Source of the DNA: Basidiobolus meristosporus CBS 931.73
Lineage: Eukaryota > Fungi > Basidiobolomycota
Assembly: GCA_002104905.1 (NCBI GenBank)
Contig: MCFE01000095.1
Span: forward strand, 109,420-173,419
Reading direction: 5' to 3'
DNA length: 64,000 nucleotides
Position numbers and translations under genes: made by a program. How positions within the stretch are numbered: position 1 is the first letter of the stretch; every line of letters begins with the position of its first letter. The notes under the pieces are model-generated. The model searched no databases. It was not told the origin of the DNA and worked only from the letters and a program-made list of their open reading frames with translations. Shown here piece by piece: positions 50,645-61,783 of the stretch.

Positions 50645-52214
50645 ATGACTTCCTCAAACCAAGAAGATCCCTTTACAGAGCAGCCGAATGAACACACCAC
50701 ACTTTTGAATAGCAGCAAGGCCTATGATGAAGAAGCGAGCATTCATAAGGACAGTAAGAAGCCTGAATCCTTCAAGGACCTTAAAGGGCACATTAGGCCT
50801 ATCCTTGCATCCTTCTTAATCGCTCTGGTGGCTGGTTTAAATGATGGCAGCTTGGGTATCATTCTCCCTAGCTTGAAGCAATACTACGACATTCCGAACA
50901 AAACTATCTCATTGCTCTTCTTGTGCAGCGCCTTTGGATTCTTCTTTAGTGCAAGTCTGAATGGCTATGTTGTTCACCACCTAGGCCAATTGAAGACATT
51001 ATTTCTAGGGGCCAGCCTAATGTTATTTTCCTACATGTTTCTTATTATGGGCTTTCCGTTCCCGGTGATGTGCACGTTCATCGTATTCACAGGTGCTGGC
51101 ATGGCATTGTTGGATGCTGCAGTGAACGTCTATTTTGCTAATATTCCCCTGGCTACCATGATGCTTAACCTCCTACACGGTAAGCCGCTTGCGGTAAATA
51201 ATTCTATTGCTGAACATGAAGTAATGCTTTCTTTGTTAGCCATCTATGGGGTTGGTGCTATGATAGGTCCCTTGGTTGGTACCATTTTGCTGAAATATGG
51301 TATCTCCTGGAAGGGCATGTATATATTCATGGCTTTCTGTGCGCTTGCCAATATCATCGGTACTATTGTTGGATTCTCTCGAGTTGACTTTGGGTCGGCT
51401 ACTGAAGAGGTGGTTGTGGTCAACGAAGGAGACGAGGGTGTTCCATCATTAGTAAACAAACAAGGTACAGATAACAGCATAATGGAGACACATGCTGAGC
51501 TTACAAGAGCAGCCATTCTTAACCGGATGACCATTGTGGGCGCGGCCTACATCCTGGTCTATGTGGGAGCGGAGGTTACCATGGGCGGCTGGGGCTATAC
51601 CTTTTTAAGAGAAGGAAGGCATGGTGATCAAGTCACCATGGGCCATGTTGTGTCGGGGTACTGGGGTGCTTTAGCAGCAGGCCGGGTTGTGTTGGGTTAT
51701 TTGGCTGGTAGATTTGGCGAGAAGTTGACGATCTCATTGTTGACTGTGGCTACTATCGTAGGACTCGTCATAATGATGATTTCTACTGACATCCTCGTGA
51801 ATTCTACAGGTAAGAAGATCCAATTTACTTCAGGTTTTCAACGCTGTAGTTCTAACGTGCTTCGTTCGGTAGCCTTTGTTGCCATCGGCTTTTTCTTAGG
51901 CCCAATGTTCCCCACGACAATTGCCATAGCATCAAGAGTACTTCCCCGAAAGTACCATGCCACTTCCATTGGATTCATGGCTGCGTATGTACTTCCTGAT
52001 CAATGAATGGGACTGATTTACTAACAAATTTGCTTTTTCCAAAACTAGACTAGGTGCTGGCGGGGCTGCTCTCTTCCCATTCTTTACTGGTCAACTTGCT
52101 GGTGCATTCGGCATACTTGTAATGCCGCCTGCTGTTATTGTTATGTCCGTCATTATGATGGTTCTTTGGGCACTAATCCCTTCCGATAGACCATTCTTCG
52201 GTGCTTGGAACTAA
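50645..52214 (+). CDS. MFS transporter (FucP/BSC6-like), 4 exons
   Basis: GLNDGSLGII.P, multiple TM helices, YVGAEVTMGGW...FL, LGPMFPT. Three GT-AG introns. Ends PFFGAWN*. Confidence 0.9.
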
Positions 52215-52608
52215 TCTGGATGACTGCGATAAATAATAAGCCTTCATTATGCTATCTTTCTGCATATCGTACATATATTGTTAATCGTGGCAATGCAAGT
52301 AGTCGATATTGCACCTAATACACTGTTGGATCTCACATTTAGTTTGGTATCTATTGATCCAGGAGTTGTACGATTATTGGAGCAATTTTGAAATCATTCA
52401 TATACCCTAGAATTGTACTCACCTTCAAAGGGCTTAGCTATGCTTGGTCAAAGCTATAAATATTTTTCTCCAACATGGAATGAATTATACACTTCCAAGA
52501 TAAAATAAATAAGCGCTTTTTAGCCTCATTCATATCCAATACCCCCTGATTCTTGCTATACAGAAACTTTTGATGATATCTGCTGGCCGGTTTCTTTTGA
52601 AAAAACAG

Positions 52609-53168
52609 TGTTGTAAGAGTTTTGGAGATATTGGAAGTGACTTGGAGAACAAGTAGATTATGCGGTTTCCACTTAATGATCTATTGAATTTAAAGGTAGG
52701 TTTATACTTTTACTTGGTCTTGGCAAGACAAATACATGGAATATGTCTAGGAAGGTCCCAAGAACATGTGTGCAAACTTTGGGGCTGTTTGGACAATTTA
52801 TCAAAATCTCATGTTCTGAGTACTTGATATGTTGGTGTAAATACTCCAAGTAAATACCATCAAGGAGCTTGGCCAGAACTCTCTGAGATTTGTAGGCAGT
52901 AATTGAAGTGACCAAGTTAGGAGAATTTTTATGTGTAATCCCAAATTTACAACACCCTCACACAACTAAATATTCATATTAACTAATCCTAATTGTTATC
53001 TAAGATATTCAAATTTGTCTCTAGCTAATGGTTTGGTAAATGTGTCTACAATCATTTCATCTATAGGACTGTCAACTAAGCTAATTTAGTCACTCTCTAT
53101 AGCTTCCTGTATGAAACTACAACTGATAACTATGTGCTTAGTTCTATCATGAAAAGTTAGATTTCTTT
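52609..53168 (-). mobile_element. Inverted copia 3' end (RNase H tail, PPT, 3' LTR 52609-52954)
   Basis: Reverse complement of the family LTR. Adjacent ccctcacacaactaaa is a PPT-like tract on the minus strand, followed by sequence homologous to 60945-61135. Confidence 0.85.
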
Positions 53169-53169
53169 C

Positions 53170-53423
53170 TGTTGTAAAAACTTGTAATTCCACGTAAATA
53201 TTCACCTAACTCAGTCACTTAGATCATTACCTTAAAATCCTAAAGAATACTGACCAAATTCCTTGTTGGGATTTACTTGGAATATTTACCCAGAACATGA
53301 AAATTAAATAATTTGTCCAAACAGCCCCAAAATGTGCAAACAAGCTCTTTGGACCTTTATTAACCTATTCTATGTTGTAAGTGTCTTGGAGATATTGGAA
53401 GTGATTGGGAGAACAAGTAGATA
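53170..53423. repeat. Nested copia LTR fragments: forward 53170-53372, inverted 53373-53423
   Basis: TGTTGTAAAAAC start at 53170. TGTTGTAAGTGTCTTGGAGATATTGG at 53373 is the reverse complement of the LTR end. Confidence 0.85.
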
Positions 53424-53755
53424 TGTTATAAAAATTTGTATTTCCACCTAAATATTCACCTAACTTAGTCACTTAGATCATTACCTTCAAATCCTAGAGA
53501 ATACTGACCCAATTCCTTGTTGGGATTTACTTAGAATATTTACCCAGAACATGAAAATTCTCAAAGTTGTCCAAACAGCCCCAAACTTTGCACACATGTT
53601 CTTGGGACCTTCCTTAACCTATTCTACGTGTTTGTAATGCCAAGACCATGTAAAAGTATAAATACTACTTTTACATTCAATAAATCATTAAGTGAAAACC
53701 ACATAATCTACTTGTCCTCCCAATCACTTCCAATATCTCCAAGACTCTTACAACA

Positions 53756-53767
53756 GGTTATGAGCCC
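53756..53767 (+). promoter_or_regulatory. Copia PBS complementary to the anticodon region of initiator tRNA-Met (half-tRNA priming)
   Basis: GGTTATGAGCCC immediately after the LTR is the complement of GGGCUCAUAACC, as in Ty5 and Drosophila copia. Confidence 0.85.
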
Positions 53768-56700
53768 CAAGCTGTCACTCTCTGCAATGTCTACTACTGC
53801 TATTACTGGAATTTTTCCCTCTGCTGAAAAGTTGGATGGCTCTAACTACCAAGTGTGGAAGGTGAAGATGAAGATGCTGCTGCAAGAAAGAGGCCTTTGG
53901 AATATTGTCATGGGAGAAGAATGCCCTCCTAAGAACGTGGGAGAGGAAGCCTTTAAGTACCAGAAGAAAGAACAAAGTGCCTTTAACTGAATTTGCCTTA
54001 ATGTCAAGGACAAATTGCTAATTCAATGCTCAAGAGCAAAAACGGCAAAGAATGCCTGGAAGGCATTAGAAGACACCTACAAGTCATGTTCAGCTGCCAA
54101 GAAAATGTATCTGAGAAGAAAATTCTTTACTACAAAGATGCTGCCAGGAGAAGAAATGAAAAATCTAATTAACAGAATTACCCTGCTGGTAGATGAGATG
54201 GAATCTGTGGGCGTACCAACTACTGATGAGGATGTGATAGTTCCCATCCTGAATAGCCTGACAGACGAGTTTCAGGGCCTTGCATCAGCCCTAGAGTCCA
54301 GAACTGAAGATTTGACCTTAAATTACGTATATAGAAGGCTCCTGGATGAAGAATTAAGAAAATCAAGCGTCAATAAGAAGGAAGAAGAAAATGCTTTAAT
54401 AAGCAATGATAACCAACAAAGGAGGTACCCAAGACCCTACAAAGGCAACAGCAACCTATTTTGCAACTACTGTAAAAGGAAAGGACACACATCAGACCCG
54501 TGTTTCAAAAAGAGAGATTATCAGCAAAAGAAGCCTGAATACAGAAATGCTGCAACAACTGAAGATAGACTATTCATATCTGCACTAAATATGACCACAA
54601 ACAAGGATTCTCAGATGTGGTATATTGACTCTGGAGCTTCTCAACACTTTACACACCAAAAAGAACTTTTTACCCAATATCAAGAAATTCCAATTAAGAA
54701 GGTTTTCATGGGTGACAATAGAACACTTGATGCAGTGGGAGAAGGAACTATCCAAGTAAACCTTAGAAGCAGTGAAGGAAGCCATACACTGACCTTTAAA
54801 GAAGTACTCTATGTACCAGAAATAGCCAAGAACCTACTCTCTGTAAGCAAGGCCACAGCAGAAGGACTCAGTTTCAGTTTTGACAATTCTGGATGCAGGA
54901 TCACTGATCAAAATGGTGCCCATATTGCTTTGGGCATCAGAGATCAGAATCTATACAAGTTGACTTATATTCCATCATATCTGGAAGCCAATATAAGTAA
55001 CTTAAATGAAGAAACACCAATGCTTTGGCACAGGAGATTTGGACACATCAATTTTGATTATTTGCGTAAAATGATCAAAGATCAGCTAATTTCTGGAGTG
55101 AAAGTTGATCCCCCAGCTAATTTGGAGCACTGTGAAGCCTGCATATATGGGAAACAAGCCAGACAACCGTTCAAGAGCTCTGGGTTAATCAAAACTAAGA
55201 AAAAATTAGATCTAATTCACTCAGATCTGTGTGGACCTATGCAAAATTTATCCTTAGGCGGGATGAAGTATTTAATCACTTTTATTGATGATTATACAAG
55301 ATACACATGGGTCTACTTCATGGAGAGAAAGGAAGAAGCTCTGTCTAAGTTCAGGGAGTTTAAAGCCATGGTGGAGAGAGAAACTGGTGAAAAAATCAAG
55401 AAAATACGCTCTGACAATGGTGGAGAATATACCTCAAAACTCTTCATCCACTTCTGCAAGATTCGTGGGATAAAGCAAGAGACTACTGTACCATACTCCC
55501 CACAGCAAAATGGAGTAGCAGAACAAGCTAACAGATCAATAATTGATATGGCAAGATCTATGATCCATGATCAAAAATTATCCTATGATTTTTGGGCGGA
55601 ATCAGTTGCCACTGCTGTATACCTTAAAAATAGGAGTTATAACGGAATACTTTGTGATTCTACTCCATTTGAAGCATGTATGGATACAGACCAAGTGCAG
55701 AACATCTAAGAATATTTGGGTGTACAGCATATGCCAAAAAACTGGCCGGAAATCAGTCAAAATTTGAGCCAAAAAGTGTAAAATGCATATTTTTGGGCCA
55801 CTGCAATGAGAGTAAGGCATACAGACTCTACAATACCAAAGCAAAGAAGCTGATAAAGTCCAGGGATGTGTTGTTTGATGAAAATTCAAAATTTTCACAA
55901 AAAATGACATCAGATGATGACGAAAATTTGATCTCAAGTCCACAAATTGTCAGGATTGAATCAGAGCAAAACAATGAGAATTTTTTCACTCCAGAGGACT
56001 CTACAACCATGGTTCAGCCAGAATTAGTGCCCAGGAATATCCCAGAAGTGATCATTCCAGTATCAAATGCCCGGAGATCCAATTGGACAAGAAATAGCCC
56101 AAATTACTATATCAATGAGGGTACAAACTTAGCCTATGCCTATTCAGTCCATGTTGATGAGCCCCAGACTGTAAAAGAGGCCCTAAATAGCCCTCAGACA
56201 AAGTTTTGGAGATCTGCAATGACTGAGGAATATCAGGCACTGATGGAAAATCAAACTTGGGACTTAGTCAAATTACCAATCAACCGAAAATCAATTGGAC
56301 GCAAATGGGTCTTCAAGACAAAATACAAGGCTGATGGTACAATTGAAAGATACAAAGCAAGACTTGTAGCCAAAGAATACTCTCAAATAAAAGGACTTGA
56401 CTATACTGAGACCTTTGCACCGGTAGCCAAGTTTAATTCCATCAGATTAATATTGGCTATTGCAGCCAAATATAAGTTTTTTATTCATCAAATGGATGTA
56501 AAAACTGCATTTTTGAATGGAGAACTTGATGAGGACGTGTATATGGACCAGCCTGATGGGTTTGTTGACCAAGATAACCCCCATTTGGTCCGCAAGCTTA
56601 AAAAGTCACTATATGGTCTCAAACAATCACCAAGAGCCTGGAATTGCAGGATAGATTCTTATTTGGAATCTTTGAGTTTCAAAAGGAGTAATGCTGACTA

Positions 56701-57027
56701 TAGTATATACTATAAGCCAGATAGAGCAAATCAGTTCTATTAGCTCTATATGTGAATGATCTTATTATAGCGCAATAACTAGAAACATGAAGAGACTAAA
56801 TCAGCTATCTAAGAGTTCAAGATGTACAATCTAGAGAACTTAGTAGACTTGTTCTGTTGGATAGTGCCACATAGTGCCAGCCTGTTTATAGTGCCGGATC
56901 AATCTGGCACCCTATGGCACTATCTGGCACTATAATTTCTACCATGATGCCAGTGGTATGATACAGTTACTGGTAATTTTACTCAATCTTACTTATGTTG
57001 CTCAGAATAGTGCTTTCCTTGCTTTAT

Positions 57028-57912
57028 TTACTCTTCATAATGCTCCAGACACATTTCTCTCAGTGGATGTCTTCTTGTATGAACATACTGTGCATTAATA
57101 AGTATCTTAACTATTTTACCTATTCTGCTGTTTTCTCCTATATATGACTTTCCTCTGTATTTACCTGCCAATATGCTGAATCTCTTCAGATATCTAAATG
57201 TGTGCTCTACCCTTACTCTGAAATGATTAAATATCTCATTGTAGAGCTTCTGCTTCCTGCTAAGCACACCATTCCTTGGCTTCCTATAAGCTGTAATACA
57301 TCCTAATCTCTGACAATCCTCTCCTATATAGGCTAAGTCTGCCATATATTTCTCCCCTCTACTGAATTCAGGATGATTCTCTACCCAGAGTGCTTTGTCA
57401 TGCCTACTTCCAGCAAATGGCCCACTAAACCAGATGATGTTACCCTCAATGTCAGTCAGTGCTTGAAACTTCACACAGTGTGCCTTGTACTTGCCAGAAT
57501 AAAAGTGCCTCTGCCCTCTAGAAGGTCTGTTAATCCTCACCGGGAAGGTATCCAAAATACTCCTTATATGGAACCTGTTGCTGAACACTCTGGGATATGG
57601 AAGTCTATTGGAGCTTCTGAGCCTAGTATTCCAAGCTTGCTCTAAGTCATTCATACCCTCTGCAAGGTGGTTCTCCATTGCTGTCAGCTGGGAATGAAAG
57701 CTTCTAGGACCTTTGTTGCCATGGATGGTGGGATGAAACCTTGTGGGGCAATAGTTCTTGTAATAGCAGAGAAGCTTAACAAGGGATCTCCTTGAGTAGA
57801 TTGGGGTTGATGGTCCACAGTACTTGGTATAGATCTCCTCCAGTGTGTCAAAAGGAAATCCAGTGGTAGTGATGGGATTGATGAGAAAAGACCATTCAGA
57901 TGAGTAAGTCAT
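57028..57912 (-). CDS. DDE transposase (DDE_Tnp_4, Harbinger/IS5-like), intact 294 aa
   Basis: ILDTF, YSGKYKAHCVKFQ, SGPFAGSRHD, MADLAY, YRKP...LS..Q..YN......RVRVEH.F..LKRF.IL. Confidence 0.9.
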   Translation of the reverse strand: MTYSSEWSFLINPITTTGFPFDTLEEIYTKYCGPSTPIYSRRSLVKLLCYYKNYCPTRFHPTIHGNKGPRSFHSQLTAMENHLAEGMNDLEQAWNTRLRSSNRLPYPRVFSNRFHIRSILDTFPVRINRPSRGQRHFYSGKYKAHCVKFQALTDIEGNIIWFSGPFAGSRHDKALWVENHPEFSRGEKYMADLAYIGEDCQRLGCITAYRKPRNGVLSRKQKLYNEIFNHFRVRVEHTFRYLKRFSILAGKYRGKSYIGENSRIGKIVKILINAQYVHTRRHPLREMCLEHYEE

Positions 57913-58271
57913 ATTAAAATTGATGGATGTTTGTATGGAGGTGGTTTGAATTGATTCGGCGCGATCTGCGTTATTTATCTGATTTTTAACACATTTTGGT
58001 TAAATCTCCATCAATTGCCATGTATCCCATCATTATGTCGCAAAAATCATCCGCAAACAATGCCTTGGTACTTTTATTGATGGTTTAATCATAGGTCTAT
58101 AATCAAATAGGAAATCTGCAATTGATGTGATCTGATCCATGTCAATGCGATCCAAGATGCATCATGCATAATATATGGAAAATTCAACAATCACTTTAAT
58201 TTTCATATATATTTCATATAAGACCAGGTTGATGCCAATATACTGCTGTATAAGTATCCAAATCCATTGCT

Positions 58272-59515
58272 ATGGTCCCCATACCAAGCCTCAACTCATC
58301 TTTGGGACAACCCAGACAAAACCCATCCCCAAGCTCACAAGCGCGGTCCGGACCGGAAAAGTTGATGTTGGATCAGTTCAAGTTCTTGCCAAATGATTTT
58401 AGTATGGCCCAAGTGTCTATGATGAGCCTTCATACAGATATTTGGGCATTACTGATTAATCTAGCAGAACTAGATACCTCAGAGAGTTGACAAAGATGGA
58501 AGAATTTGAGTAGAAAGCTGTGGCATGAGTTCTACATCAAGATGCCAGCCAATGTATGTAAAAAGATATATAACAAGACAAGTATTGAAATCAAGAATGA
58601 GCTGAGAGTGAGGGGATTTGACGAAGAAGCTGCGCAGGAACAATTTCGCGCGCAATTTGCACAGTTTGTGCCTCAACTTTGGGAACCAAAGAGATTTTGA
58701 ATGAGTTTTTGCCTCAAATGACTAATGTACTACGTGATATATTAGTAGAGCTAAGTGGCTTCCAAGAGCAATATACACAGGACTCATCCAGGCAACAGCT
58801 CCAAAGTATCAGACAGAGGGTAAGTGAATACCTTGAGGAATCAGATGGTGAGCTTCAGGAGGAAGAATACAGACCATGAGCAACATCGTCCAGATTGTGC
58901 CAGCACGCCTTGCTGGATTCCCTACAATCTCTTGCAACCACAGCGCGCCGGCGCATGTCAGTCCAGAGTATGCCAACACCCTTTACCAGAACGCCCTGCG
59001 TCAAGTCAACGTGCATTGAGTCAACCCGCGTTGGGTCAATGCGCGCGCTTCAGAGCAAAACTACAAGAACTCGCCAAACTGCTCATTTAGACACAAGTCC
59101 ATTGGAGTGGACCAAGTCGCGTCAACATGCGGCATCACATTGAACTCAGCCAAGGGCCATCTCAACGTGTCAAGGCACGCCTGCGCGTGCCGTCTTGCCT
59201 GACCATCAGCAAGTTACTTCTGGTGAACTGACTGATGATGACCAACATGAAGTGCCTCAACCACCGGAGCCCTTGGCAAGTAAAAGAACGCGTCAGCGCA
59301 TGGCACTACAGGCCGGTTCAGTTGGTTCAGTTGGAGCAATTCAGCACGGCCAAGCTGCAGCATTGCACTCATCAACTAGGAGGCAAAATACTGACTACAA
59401 ATACACAAGTAGCCAAGATGATAGTCAGCCAGGAAGTAGTATAGGTGTGCAAAGTGAGTCACTACCAAATGCTTCAGTAGTAATCCCTGTGAGAAAAAAA
59501 CCCAGGAGAAGATGA
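58272..59515 (+). pseudogene. Myb/SANT(MADF/trihelix)-like partner gene of the Harbinger element, about 410 codons
   Basis: Track ORFs 58272, 58506, 58679, 58895 and 59195 join through three in-frame TGAs and one frameshift near 58690. Contains DIWALL...ES*QRWKNLSRK and ends in an NLS-like RKKPRRR. Confidence 0.6.
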
Positions 59516-61497
59516 TGCGATTGCTTTGAATTGCTCACATTTGTAATGATCCCAACAACCCTTTTTTTTTGCAATCCAAATTGAGCCATTGCAAATCAGT
59601 GATCATCAAATTTTTGATATAAGTAATATCAAGGTTGTCTCACATTTGAGACAGAACCCCTATAAATAAACACCCTGCATATATATACATAATCTGTACT
59701 ACCAGTGCAGCTATTGGATCTGTTTTGCACCTACACAATTGCTTGCGTGCTAGCTATGACACCTTGTCCAAACACTAGATCAGGGATTTACTTGCTCAAT
59801 GGGCAAAATGGGATATTTAATGGCAAATCAGGTAGCTTTTTCAGTAGTCAATGAGCCAATTGGGGGCTGCCAGTTTCAGGATACTTTTGGACCAATTAAC
59901 CACTGAGATACCGTCCAATTGGAGTGAGGGTAACCAAAATGGTAAGTATCAGTGTAGTTTATAGTGTGATACACATTTATTTCCATTTACATTGAAGAAA
60001 CATATCCAAATACCAGATTTTACCTGCCATTATAGCGGTATCCGATTGTGCACGTGATGCAAACATTATGAGTTGGCGCAATTATCCGCGCCAACCTCAT
60101 TGTGTCAGATTGTGCCATAGTGTGCGAGATTGTCCCGCATAGTGCAAAATCATCCAAGAACAATCCTGCCTTCTGGTAGCTATAATATCGCGCCCAATCG
60201 TTCTTTGCGACTGAAGATCGCGCAGCGCGCCCTGGCACGGTACGATGGAACAAGTCTAGTTACTACTTAGGGATTAAGTTCTCCATAGACAGAAGTACCC
60301 AGACTATTACCCTAAGCCAATCCAAGTATATACAAGATATACTAAAGAAGTACAAAATGGAAGACTGTAAACTGGCAGCTACCCCAATGGAGACAAACCT
60401 TAACTTGGTCAAAACTCAACCAAATCAAGAGAGCTTGGTGCCATCTGAAAGCCCTGACTTTCCTTATCAATCTATGGTTGGCAGTCTGATGTATATCATG
60501 CTTGGAACACGTCCAGATATCTCATATTCAGTGGGAGTTGTCAGCCAACATAATCAGAATTATGGATCTGATCATATTGCAGCAGTTAAGCGGATTTTTA
60601 GATACCTAGAAGGAACTGCTGATATCTGCTTAAGATACACTTATAAGGATTCAGAACAGGATTTTGTGGGATACTCTGATGCTGATTGGGGACAAAATTT
60701 GGAAGACAGAAGATCCACCACAGGATACACCTTTCTTTACTGTAAAGGAGCAATTTCATGGAATTCAAGAAAGCAACCAACCGTGGCACTTTCTACTACA
60801 GAGGCAGAGTATATGGCAGCCTATGAAGCTACAAAAGAAGCAATGTGGTTAAGAAAGCGCTTTGTAGATTTAGGCCTATGTCAAAAAATGCCTATTACTT
60901 TATTTCAAGATAATCAAGGATGTATACAATTAGGTAGAAATCCAACTTTTCATGCTAGAACCAATCACATAGATATTAGACATCATTTCATACGTGAAGC
61001 TATAGAGAATAACTTAGTTAGCTTAGTTTACTGTCCTACAGATGAAATGATTGCAGACATATTTACCAAACCACTAGCAAGAGACAAGATTGAATATCTT
61101 AGGTCAAAATTAGGACTAGTCAGTATGAACATTTAGCTGAGTGGGAGTGTTGTAAAAATTTGTATTTTCCACCTAAATATTCACCTAACTTAGTCACTTA
61201 GATCATCACCTTTAAATCCTGGAGAATACTGACCAAATTCCTTGTCGGGATATACTTAGAATATTTTCACCAAAATACCAGGTACCCAGAACATGAAAAT
61301 TCTCAAAGTTGTCCAAACAGCCCCAAACTTTGCACACATGTTCTTGGGACCTTCCTTAACCTATTCTACGTGTTTGTAATGCCAAGACCATGTAAAAGTA
61401 TAAATACTACTTTTACATTCAATAAATCATTAAGTGAAAACCACATAATCTACTTGTCCTCCCAATCACTTCCAATATCTCCAAGACTCTTACAACA

Positions 61498-61783
61498 AAC
61501 ATGACCACAAACAAGGATTCTCAGATGTGGTATGTTGACTCTGGAGCTTCCCAACACTTATACACCAAAAAGAACTTTTTACTCAATATCAAGAAATTCC
61601 AATTAAGAAGGTTTTCATGGGTGACAATAGAACACTTGATGCGGTGGGAGAAGGAACTATCCAAGTAAACCTTAGAAGCAGTGAAGGAAGCCATACACTG
61701 ACCTTTAAAGAAGTACTCTATGTACCAGAAATAGCCAAGAACCTACTCTCTGTAAGCAAGGCCACAGCAGAAGGACTCAGTTT
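61498..61783 (+). mobile_element. Internal copia fragment (protease region), broken at 61783
   Basis: Near-identical to ~54587-54874. Identity ends at ggactcagttt. Confidence 0.9.

Larger units (their letters stand above)
56845..60257. mobile_element. PIF/Harbinger-like DNA transposon, 3413 bp
   Basis: TIR AGACTTGTTC...GAACAAGTCT, 3-bp duplication AGT (56842-44 and 60258-60). Removal restores copia RT ELSYYLGIK. Subterminal GTGCC/GGCAC repeats. Two divergent genes. Confidence 0.9.
53424..61497 (+). mobile_element. Near-complete Ty1/copia (copy 2), interrupted by a Harbinger-like insertion
   Basis: 5' LTR 53424-53755; PBS GGTTATGAGCCC; gag-pol from 53787 (CNYCKRKGHTSDPC, WYIDSGASQH, LWHRRFGH, RSDNGGEY, PQQNGVAE, QMDVKTAFLNG), resuming at 60261 (YSDADW, EAEYMA) to 61136; PPT; 3' LTR 61148-61497. 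No matching TSD. Confidence 0.95.

Noticed and set aside
56855-56935. Short repeated ATAGTGCC/GGCAC units as a CRISPR-like array
   Set aside because: Irregular spacing, eukaryotic context and position just inside a TIR indicate subterminal transposase-binding repeats.
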